Shown: positions 23,869-35,460 of the stretch, one piece after another | How positions within the stretch are numbered: the first letter of the stretch is position 1 | Layout: each line of letters starts with the position of its first letter | Assembly (NCBI GenBank): GCA_964247055.1 | Contig: OZ176050.1 | Span: 9,796,001 to 9,860,000, forward strand | Reading direction: 5' to 3' | Length of the DNA: 64,000 nucleotides | DNA from: Paragordius varius | Taxonomy: Eukaryota; Animalia; Nematomorpha | Translations under genes and position numbers: made by a program | Notes under the pieces: generated by a model | The model's input: the letters and a program-made list of their open reading frames with translations, nothing else | Database searches by the model: none | Told to the model about the DNA's origin: nothing

Positions 23869-24357
23869 TCACGGAATTTGACAATATAATTATGGGGGCG
23901 TATGCATTCTCCGTGATCCTCCATATTAAAGTAAAAAAAATCTTTAAAAATTATGATAAGAATAGATTTTAACTCTATTTATAATCTCATGAGGAAGCAG
24001 GGAAAGTACCTATAATTACATAATAGTAATCTTAATGTAAAAAACATCATTATTATATTCCAAAAAAATAAGAAACATATATATTATAAAAATTTGAGAC
24101 CGATTGAAAATAATCTGTGAATACCCGGATTTCCCCAAAACACCGATCAGAAAATCATTGAAAGTCAGTAATAATCCATACGAAGAGACTTTGTTAAATA
24201 TGATCCAACATTCCAAAATTTGATTATTTGAGTGTAATTTAGTATTGTGCGTGTAATAATTATTTGCATTTTTGTTGTGGTTGAATGACCGGTTATTATT
24301 TGTTAGGTTGTTAAGAGTTAATATTCCTTCTAATCGAGAAAATGGAATAGTTTCCAA
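23869..24357 (-). CDS. Probable upstream CUB-domain exon(s) of the Neto-like gene; exact structure unresolved
   Basis: The ORF contains CUB-like CWIIF...YGLLLTFNDFLIG. A GA|GTAAG donor at 23869 is phase-compatible with the 22848 acceptor (...KFRE-CLTNY). I could not join the pieces unambiguously. Confidence 0.5.
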
Positions 24358-27300
24358 GCACAGACCTTAAAGTATTGTAAATAAAAATATGAAAACGCCT
24401 AGACTTTTTATTTTTGAAAATATGCAATTTTATTTAAATAGTTGTTAGGGTGTGTAAACATTAAAAATTACTTGATATATTTGATAATCATTATTATGTA
24501 AAAATAATATGAACAAAATACATAGGACTTATGTAACCGCCAAAAATTAAAATTTCTGGCGAATACAAATTATATTATAACTTTTATTCTTTTATAAGAT
24601 AATTTACAAGCATATAGGTATACTAAATAAACTTCAGCAACTATTATGTTGTAACCGAATACTTATTTATTACGAAGAGTACTGGGTTTACGATCAAAAC
24701 AAAACCGGTTTAAGCTTAAAACTATCCGTATTTTTAACTATAAATACATTTAGCACAGTTTTTGGCTTTATCTAAATATAATATTTTCAGATTATATCAA
24801 AGCTAGTCAAAATTAAGTTTAGGTTAAAAAGCAAATAATTTGAGTTGAGTATGAATTAAGCGTAAAACCATCATTAATCTCTATCGAATTTATAAATAAT
24901 TTTAATTTGATTTCTATAACTTAAGAATATTATGCCCAATTTTCCATCTGTCCTATTTTAATTCGAATTTCTTTTTTCTCTATTTTAACTGCGAGTAGCA
25001 TTGTAATGAGCTTAAGTTATTACTAAGACGACACGCCCCAGAAAACAAAAGCTAAAAATTAAACTGAAATATCGGTGTTAAAATTAAACTGATTATTGAT
25101 CTAATATCGATGTTGGATGATATGTTGGGTTGTGTTAAGTAATAATTCAATATTTTTAAGACAGATTAAAGATAGTATAAAGAAATATCAGTTTAAACTC
25201 AAAAAAGATACACAAAATTTTACAGTGTTAAAACTTTCAAGAAAAAAAAAGAAACTACGTATACCAGATATAGAGATCCATAGGGATATATATATGAGTG
25301 ATAATAAGATCACGACCATAACTAGCTGGCTGATAATAGAGGATTAAGGATGACAAATTTTGAGATAAAAATTTGAAATAGGAACTTTGGAACAATTTGA
25401 CGATAAAAAACATCCATTCCTTAATCATAAAATGGAGTTTGGAATAAATAAACCTTTTTAGGTAATTAAAAAAATGTGTGTGGATGAACTGAACTTTTCA
25501 TTCATATTACATGTTAGACACAAAATACAATTTTTTAGAGTTAAATTTTAACATAAGTTTATTGAAATGTCACACAAAGTATATGTATTGATTGTGTGAC
25601 CAATCTATTTTTTAGCGATTGGGAGTTTTAAATTCCACAAACGATATATCATAATGAATGTTCTTTCTTTCTCTCTACAATAGTTATTTTGTGTTGAGGA
25701 AGACATATATAATTAGATTTTGGAAAAATAGATCACACAATTTTCTGGATAAAGAACAAACATTAACTCTGGTATAGAATATCCAAATATAATTTCTAAA
25801 TATAATTAATTAATTAATAAAAATTTTCACGAAAAATTATGCCTGCTTTTTCCCACAATTTAGAATGTCTCCAACTGTAATGTAATGTAAATGAATCATT
25901 TATGTTTGTTTTAGTATTTTTCTGTATAATAAGTTTTAAAATTTATGCGCGTATCCTAAGGTTTTTTTATCCTCCAAATTATTCTTTCTTATATGGGATC
26001 AACGAAAGTTTTTATCACTAATGATATAAAAGAGATACATAATATACAGATAGATATCATATATGTTCTGAATTTTAATTTGTACGAAAAAAATAAAATA
26101 AACGGAGAAAAATATTATTATTATAACACACAGCTAGCTAGCTCTTTAGTGCTTTTCTTTTAAAAATTAACGGGAACCCTGTATATATATATATACATAC
26201 AAATGAGTGAAATATGTGATAAAAACAACTAAAGTAAACGACACACATTAAAGAGAATTTTATTAAATAAAAATATTTAGTTAACAATATAAGTTTTATT
26301 TAATAATATTTACAACTAATATTTATATTTTTTATTGTTATCTCTTCATTTTATTACAGTATCAATAAAAAAATATATAATATCATTTGAAACCATAAAT
26401 ATATATATATATATATATAGGTATGTACAAATAAAAGAGTTATTTAGGATTTTAACTGTCTTCGCTAAATTTAAAAATCTTAATATATCTGCTAAATTTT
26501 ATTAACATAAAAAAGTTTTTTTTTCAATAAAAATTTTTAGCTGTAAATCTACATATAAATAGTTAGTTACATATTAGGTCATTTAAATTTGCCGAAAATC
26601 ATTTGCATAATTTTTTAATGGTAAGCTAGACAATATTATTCAAATGTGTAATTTATTTACAAAGATTAAAAAAAATTTCAAATTTATATAGTATATCAAA
26701 CATTTTTCGGTGTTTAAATACACATCATTATTGAGCATACAATATTTATTAAAGGCTATTATATATTGGCACATCCTTTTAAAATTATGCCAGCATTTAA
26801 ATTATGCAAAAATGAACAAATAATATAATTTCACAAAAAAATGTTTAGGATGCGGCATTATACAAATAATGATACAGTAAAAAGAAATATTATTAGCTAA
26901 ATAATATATTAATTGGTGAATGGAGAAAAGTGTAAATGTATAAAAGATGATTTTTATGTTAAAAAATTATAAAACTTGCGTATATATATAATATTTATGT
27001 TGGCCAATTCAACAATCATTATAACCAATAATAGGGCTCCTAACTGTAATAGATAGCGTGGTTAATATAATTTATCGTTTAATATATAAAATTTAGCCAT
27101 CTAATTACGATTCAAAACATTGTCAATTATAAATTTCGAATTGGATTTCTAAATCACTAATAAATAACGCATTTGCATATTTTATTTTTAACTCTGACTT
27201 TTTTATATAAAAACCATTATATAGTTTTATCTAAAATTTCAATTAGATATACAACTATATAAAATATGTTTTAATTCCATGGAGATTTAGCATAAAAATG

Positions 27301-27443
27301 TTGACTGATCTAGATGGTGTCATTTAGTAGAGTTATGAACAATTAGAGAAAAACATTATTTTACCTTTTCTGTCTTCGTGTTAATTGGGTAGATTGAAGC
27401 TTATCAAATATTATATCACAATCAATATGATTATTGATTTAAC

Positions 27444-27757
27444 CAAGGGTGACCAACACATCGCCCGGCAGCATATGGTTTTCCAAAGCTTACTGTGCGG
27501 CGCGAAAAATTTGGAAATCCATAATTTGTTAAAATATGTTTATAAAATCTTAAAAAATAATATGTTTAAAACAATTCTTCTTAATTAGCCTACCAGTGAG
27601 CAGAAACTAGAAAACATTGCTATATTGTGATTGCATTTTACAGTGTTAGAATTGAAATCTAATTAATTATTTATGAGTGCCATATATAACTCGAATGTGG
27701 CCCGCCGTTTTTTTGAGTTAAAAAGGCCCACGAAGCCATTTGTGTTGGACACTCCTG
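27444..27757. mobile_element. Decayed hAT MITE related to 21466-21803
   Basis: Ends CAAGGGTGACCAAC...GTGTTGGACACTCCTG with an internal GGCCCG motif. The TSD is not preserved. Confidence 0.6.
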
Positions 27758-29123
27758 AATTAGACCTACATCAACAAAAAAAATATTTTAAAAATATAAT
27801 TAAGTCTTTTTGATGAAAACTTCTTAAAACACAATCTTATGTATCCACAAAATATGAAACAATCAATATATATAACTTATAATTTGTTGATATTTTTTAC
27901 AATTTGAACGCGTGGCATAAAAGAGTTATTATAGGGATTAAAAAAATCAATGAAAGGCTAATTATATTTTGCCATTCATTAAAACAACAATAATAATAAA
28001 TTTACAAAATGTTAGCGGAATCATAGATTTATATTATTTACAAAAAAAAATAATAATTTCTTAAAGATTATTAAAACCATAAGGTATTCCATCCCCCTTA
28101 TATTGGTTTCAATCATAACTTTTTTAGAAACAGCAGTGCATCGCTAATTAGCGAGTTATAAATAAGTTATCGTATAAAACACAGAATTTTCTAACCAATA
28201 ACAAACACGCATATCCACTTGTGACCAGATTAAGTCCAGTTCATTTTACGAAAAATCAAAACACACCATAAAATTTAAATTTAATGAAAATTTTTTGAAT
28301 TAATATAAAATAAAACTTTGTTTGGCTTGATAATTATCAACATATAATGTATTATATAGTTTAAACCTTTTAATCATAGGCAGTTGTAAATTTAGTTAAT
28401 ATTTGAATAATTCACTAGTAGCCATCAAAATTCATGTTTAAATAAAATCGATTATTTCTGAATTTCAATAATTTGTATAGTTTCTTAATACATCTTGCAA
28501 CAAAGGGTCGACTTAAAAATATAAGTGGCCGACCCATTCGGGGTCATAACCAGGTAAAACGCAAACTTGATGAATATATAATGAATACTACCAATGCCAT
28601 ATAATTTAATATTTTTATTATAAAATTAAAAAACCCAATAAATATTGGCTTTTAATATTTTAACATATACATAATTCTTTTCAATTAATTTTTATGCGAA
28701 TTGCAAATAGTTATTAATAGTTTCCTTTTTATCAAAAAAAATAAACGACTAATAAAGTATACCACCCAAATAATGCCTGTATATAAAAAATGGAAATAGC
28801 ATACATAAGATTTTGATAATATTTATTTTGTTCCGCATCTATATAACTCCATCTTAAACGCATGAATTGATTTAAATTTGTTTTAACAGTTAACATGTGT
28901 TGAAATAAATTCTTTTTATAAGAATAATTTAACATAATCATCTGTGATAATGATATTTTTACCAGTCATAAAATAAGCGGTCGGAGTTTAGTCCAAGCAA
29001 ATACTCATTTCTAAAAAATTAAATATTGGTATTCATTTATTTGAATTGAATATATTATAATATTTTTTTTAATTTCTGCTATAATAAAAATAAATAAATT
29101 AATGAAATCAAAGCCTTGCAAAA

Positions 29124-32100
29124 TCAAAAATAGATTTGTTTAGCATCCGCTACAGCAACTTCTTCTGGACAGTATGGACATTTTATCCTAAATATGCAAA
29201 ACAAATAATATAAATAATTGATTGTTTTGATTGATTATATAAATTTTATGGGTTTTTCAGATACACAGTCAGATTTTGTGGCCAGCGTGAAAGTATAGAC
29301 AAAGGTAACTAGTCTCAAAATCATAAAATTACAAATGGTAGCCATAAAATTATTAATAAATACAAATAGGATAATGGCTTAAATTGTATTACACTCATAA
29401 AGACATTAAAAATATGCCATGGCTAACATTGACAATAGGAAAATTTAAAATCTCGCTCTGAAAATTATAAAAATTAAATGCCTGCACAATATTACAAAAA
29501 AACTTGATTTTTTTTTGGAAATAAAAAACAACGATTCGAAATTAAGTCAAATAAAATCAAATTTCAATTGATTCAGAATATATGCACCCTATCTTACATA
29601 ATATATAAACATAAATTGACCTCCGCAATTATATCATTACAGTTTTTTGAATATTTCAACTTAACATAATTCGAACAATTAAATTTACAAAATAAAATAA
29701 ATTTTTAGCTATATATTGATATTATTATTCGTCTAAAAAACTATGCTACTACTGTTGCATCAAATCTCATTTTAACCATTCACATGTAATTAAGAGAATA
29801 GATTCTCCCCCAAAATTTAAACACCCCTTTTCATTTAGTTGATATGTGCACCTCACGCTAAAATTAACCAAAACCAAATGTATATACTTTGATACAGATG
29901 CTAATTTGTTTAGGGCCTCTTTGGAAATGACATGACCACACTTTAGTCTCATGGGTGGATTTGAAGCGTTACTTTGTTGTCGGAGAATGGGACAAGCAAA
30001 AATGGAATGAAATCTATAATCCGGGCCTAAATCAACTTCCACCTCAAGTAGAGTGTATAGTGTTAAATAAAATAATTATAATGTATTATTATTGCAATTA
30101 TAATTCAGCTAAAATTAAATGGATTCATTGTGTGAATTTTCGATTACTCTTAGTAATCTTTTGTCAAACGTAAAAAATAAAATTAAAATATAAATCAAAA
30201 ATTAAAGAATAAAGTAAAAATATTTTATAATGAAATTAAAATGGATGATTGGTCCATATCCTACATTTTTATCAATAAAAATAAAAATCCTAATATACGT
30301 CTAGGTATCGAGATTGAGTTTATCTAGAGAGTTAAAACTCGTGTTCAAAACTTATCAATTTGATTTTAGAATAATAAGGAAAAAAATTAATTAAATTTTA
30401 TTGGTGTGTGATCCGTACGTCATATGTTTGAAAACTCAAAAGAACAAAATATATCTGTAAAATTTTAGCATTGTGGAAATTAAATGATTTTTACTGGTAA
30501 TTCGTCCTTTACATGGGAACTCCATACACCAGCAACTTGCCTTTGTTGCATCATTTGTCGAATATTGAGAATTGCTGGATAGGCTTTAATACCACAAACA
30601 AAACTATTTTTACATAAAATATAAAATTTATTTGATATTTAATATAAATGATAAGATTATATTTTAAATTTAAGAAACGATAAACATTCCTTTCAATATT
30701 GCTATTTAAATTCCAAACTTTAGACCAAGGATGGCCAACATTGGCCCTCCAAGACTTTATGTGCAGCCCGCTGGAAATCAATAAATTATAAAATAATGCT
30801 CACAAAATGCAATTAAATTGATATTTCCTAAACAATTTTTCTAAATAAGTCAATCTAATTTCTCGGGTGAAGCCTGTGTTGGACATCCGTGTTTTACTAT
30901 ATTACATTGTCTAAAACGAATGCTTTGATGATTATAATAAAAAAAATAAAATGAGAAAATAAAAATTCGTTTTTGGTTAAAATTTACTGTAATAAAGTGT
31001 CAATCCATTGTTAAATTAATAAAGTTGAAGTAATTTTTCAGTAATAGAATACCATTCCTTTTATGTTTTTTGTCCCTGTCACAAATAATTCTCGAGTATT
31101 TATAAAATAGTAGATTATGGTCATTTTTCAGTGATCATATTTTACAACTACGTCTGTGTGTAATATGTTTTATGCATTGGACATACGTATTATTCGAATA
31201 TAAAATAGGGACTGCCTTACAATAATAATTTTTTCACTATAGAAGAAATATTGCATTTCATAAATAACCAGGAGTTTAATGGTTTATTTTTTAAATCAGC
31301 TATTCAACTATTAATTTCACAATTATTCGACCCAAACGATACTAATTGCGTTATGTATGAAGGGTTATAAGTGTCAGGATTGTCGCTGTGACCACTTATA
31401 AATAAAATCCACCATATTTTATTACGTGGTATATGATAAAGATGGTATAATAAAAAAGAAAATTAAATTTATTTTGTTATAAATTTAAATAGCAGCGTCA
31501 AAGAGATTTGTTTTACTTATTTTTTATTGAACATAAATTTAAATTATCATTAATGAGTGGATAACCGTAAAGGACTCTATATATATATATATATGGATAA
31601 GTAGTAAGACGGGTTTCTGGCCAGTCAAAACCTTAATAAACATTAAATGACATTTAACGGAATAGTGCATAAATATTGGAAAACAATTAAAATTAATTTT
31701 AAATAAAATATAGAATTAACAAAAGTTATGCAGAAGATTAATAGTTTCGAAGAAACAAGACCAATTCGGCGCGTTACTATCATTTTCTATGTATCATACC
31801 AAAAATCTATTATTACAATTACTTTGCAATTCATGATAAAATTTCATTTACAAATTAAACCAAAATTAACGCGCATTTTCCGACACTTCTAAAGCTAAAA
31901 TATACCCATGAGTTTTAAAAATACTAGATGGTACAAAAAAAATATTGTTGCACCTAACGGCCAAAGGACTTTCGGTAGAAAGTCCAAGCAAATTGCACGA
32001 ATCTTGAACAAACAATTCCTCAATCTCTTCCCATGCCAATTCATATTGAGATTTCAAATTTTTCATGTGTTCATCGTTAATTGATTTATTTGCTATCAGA

Positions 32101-32999
32101 TCAGTCGGGCGAGAAGTATAATTACGGGCATAAAGCAAAAGTCCCATAAGTTTTTGAAACTCTTTAGTGTGTGTCGTTGCAAAGGGTGTTAGCTTTTGAC
32201 TAGCATACGATATAGCGTATTTTATTTGTCCCAAGTCTTCATGGTCGCTTGAAGACGCTGATGTATTGGCATTGTTGGAATCCTGCAAATTTTGGGATTG
32301 AAGCAAAATTTGTAGGAAATTTAATTTGTACAGCTTGAATTCCAAATCTTTGCTATCGGTTTGGAGCAATTTTTCATGATTATTGGCGATCCATCTATAA
32401 TTTAATTAATTTAATACTTTAAAGCAGGCTGTAAATTTTTTGCTTTAAGAGACTCTAATACGTAATTTATTTCGATAAATGGCTCCTTACTTTGTTGATC
32501 CATAACTATGCCAGATTCCTAATTTATTTTTATATTATATACTTTAATAAATGTGTCAGATAACGAGCATAATCCATATCGCAAAAAATGTTCACAAATA
32601 ACTTCATTTAATATTTTTGTGTTTTCTTCCCTTTCAAAATCTGGATCAAGAGCACCATCTTGATAATTCGTTACCATATTCTAAAATTATTTGTAAGAAC
32701 AACTTTATCAATCATGCGCCCGAACCTGGATATATAACTATGTATATCTTTATGTTCATTCGAACATTTTGATAATGCTTCTTTCAATAGATTAAGATAT
32801 TCGGTCAACAAAAATTTAGAGAGAGAAACAGATCCATTCTCTTAACAATTTAAATTATAATGTTACCATCTATAAATTTTTTTGTTTTTTGCAAATTTGC
32901 TAAAGTTTCATCGATAATATTTTGGGTATTTGTCTCAAAATTTTGGATTTGCTCTTTGATTGTTTCGATTTCTTTGACAGCTGAGTTAAGAAAATCCAT
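29124..32999 (-). CDS. RMND5: RMND5/GID2 RING E3 ligase subunit of the CTLH/GID complex, 8 exons
   Basis: Exons 32867-32999, 32704-32840, 32543-32680, 32418-32518, 31954-32394, 30495-30603, 29888-30042 and 29124-29187, in one open spliced frame. Motifs: [86 protein letters not shown]...AKQIYF*. Confidence 0.95.
30726..30891. mobile_element. Short decayed hAT MITE in RMND5 intron 5
   Basis: Ends CAAGGATGGCCAAC...GTGTTGGACATCCGTG, the same end type as 21466 and 27444. Confidence 0.55.
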
Positions 33000-33219
33000 A
33001 TATTTTTGTGACAATCCGCAAAACTGATGATGTGGTAACACGGATTATTTCCTAAAAGTTATTAGTTTATAGTGGACTTAATCCACTAAATATTCACTAT
33101 AGTATTTTTTAATAATTTGTTTATCTATTTAACACTTATCTTTTGGGGCTTTATATCCAAGAGCGATAATATCTAAAAAAGTATTTAAAATATTAGGCTG
33201 AATTAAATATAATCTCTAA

Positions 33220-34368
33220 CACTTGGATACAACACTCTCATTTTAGTCATTCGATTCAAATTGGGGTTGTTAAATACCCCAGGCCTGTTAATCAAATACT
33301 TTAAAAAGTATGGAAGGAATCAAAACCATGGCAAAATTTTGCACTTATATAACCTTAATAAACAGTAATATATAAAAGATTTTACTCAGAAATACTAGAT
33401 ATTACTTATTTTAAGCTGAAACCGAAAGGTAAAAATTTCTCAACGTGACATGTGTAAAATTATAAAATTAAAAAATAACAAAATAAACCGCTCTTTCTAA
33501 TTATATTAATGTTAGATGTAATTTAAATAAAAAATTAGCTTTGATTCTACCATTATAATTAACACTTCGATTTAAATTGGGGTATCTAAATACCCCAGAA
33601 ATCAAAGATAACATTTTTGTAAAACCACTGAAGAAAACGGTTACAATTTAAATATATGCTCTTATCCTAATAAAAACTATATAAAAATGACAAAATATCT
33701 AAATAAAATTTTGTTTTGAAAAAAAAGTTCCATGACAAACTACTTCGACGCCATTTTTGTTTTGCAAAATTTTCGCAAAATATCGTCTTCATTTAATTTT
33801 AAGGGTAAAACTAAAGCTAATTTTTTATTTAAATTACATCTAACATTGATAGAAACAGAAAAAGCAGTTTATTTTGCTTTTTTTTCAATTTTACCATTTC
33901 ACACCTGTCACGTTGACGAAATTTTTCTCTTTCGGTTCTAGCTTAAAATAAGTAATATCAAGTATTTTTGAATAAATTTTTTTTATATTTCGTTTTATTT
34001 AAGTTATATAAGTGCAAAATTTTGCCATGAATAGGATTTCCTTATTTTTTAAAGAATTTAATTTTAAACAGGCCTGGGGTATCCAACTACCCCAATTTGA
34101 ATCGAAGGACTAAAATGAATGTGTTGTATCCAAGTGTTAAATGAAGACGATATTTTGAAAAAATTTTGCAAACTAAAAATGGCGTCGAAGTAGTTTGACA
34201 TGGAACTTTTTTTTTCAAAACAAAATTTTATCAAGATATTTTGGCATATTTATATAATTTTTATTAGGATAGAAGCATAAATTTAAATTGGGACCGTTTC
34301 CTTCAGTAGTTTTTTAAAAATCCCAACTTAAATTTAGTCTGGGGTAGATACCAATTTGAATCGAAGTG
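33220..34368 (-). mobile_element. piggyBac-like MITE (outer copy), interrupted by a same-family copy
   Basis: 33220-33558 is the reverse complement of the right part of the family and 34141-34368 of the left part. It ends in AAGTG|TTAA. Confidence 0.88.
33563..34136 (+). mobile_element. piggyBac-like MITE (inner copy), 574 bp
   Basis: TTAA|CACTTCGATTTAAATTGGGGTATC...GTATCCAAGTG|TTAA, with TTAA duplicated at 33559-33562 and 34137-34140. Confidence 0.9.
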
Positions 34369-35079
34369 TTAAAAGGCGCATCATACAATTTTTTTAATAA
34401 AATATTAAAAAATCTTATCTCCAATTTTCTTGCCGCCATATTTTTATCAATTTTTTTTTCAAAATGGTAATGCAGCAGGCGAATATGTAGATTTATGGAG
34501 CATAAACTTGATATATTATGATTTTAATGTCAGCTATTAATCTCAATTGTGTTTTGGAGCTGTCCAAATTTTAAACTCTAAAAGTCACAAAACTGGAAAT
34601 AATATAAGCTATTTTTTCTAACACATCAGAAAGTTTTGTGATTATATTACTGAAATAACTTTCAACTGTAGTTTGTTTACATCAAAACTACTTAAATGTT
34701 GATTATGACAAAAAATTGAAACGGTAACGAATTGTTAATAAACTAGCTGCATCGAAACTCTGATGTGTTTATAGTATTATTTTTCCGGGTAATATAAAAC
34801 CCTATGTGATTAAAAATTTAATTATTTTAAGTAATTAAGGTATTGAGCCAAATTTGAAAATGTGCTTTCTTTAGCTTTGTAAGCGCATGATTCAAAAATT
34901 TTGTCAAAACATAAAAATATAAAAACCTCATTTAAACTTTTTTGCCGCTATTTTTCTTTAATTTTTTTTTATGGTTGCTGTTAGGCAAATAAATGTATTA
35001 CGGCCAGAGGATGTAAGCCGTTTCGACTCTCTAAAACACTGTCCATAAAATTGGCGGGTAAGAAAATATCTTGATATAC

Positions 35080-35122
<43 letters not shown>

Positions 35123-35124
35123 AT

Positions 35125-35460
35125 AAAATGTATCAAGATTCTCATGGTGCTTTTGGATAGTGGGCCTTGCGAGTAAAATAAGAAGTATTACCGCTTTTTA
35201 GTAATTCATATCAAGAAATCGTATAATCCTCAACACACTACACTCAATAATAATTATGAAATTTGTATTTGATAGAAGGCATCAGAATTATCATCCTGCT
35301 TTGATCCTTAGTCAATTAAGACAAATGTGGTAGTTGCTCCATATTAGAAATCGAAATATTTCCTCACATTATGCTAATAAAAAGTTTTTGACGAAAGCTA
35401 AACGCTTCATTCCAAATATCAGCAAAATTTATTATATACTAAACATTAGAACAGAATCAA
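35125..35460. repeat. Dispersed repeat, unclassified
   Basis: AAATGTATCAAGATTCTCATGGTGCTTTTGG... recurs at about 36346-36525 in the same orientation and inverted at about 43640-43750. 34500-34640 also resembles 43870-43990. Probably old DNA-transposon debris. Confidence 0.55.

Noticed and set aside
28732-28941. Hydrophobic ORF as first exon of the Neto-like gene
   Set aside because: No convincing splice path leads to the CUB exons, and it lies just downstream of the RMND5 stop, so it may be 3' UTR or intergenic.
30551-30781. [12 protein letters not shown]... as an RMND5 exon
   Set aside because: It starts inside a MITE, and the real exon (30495-30603) is in another frame.
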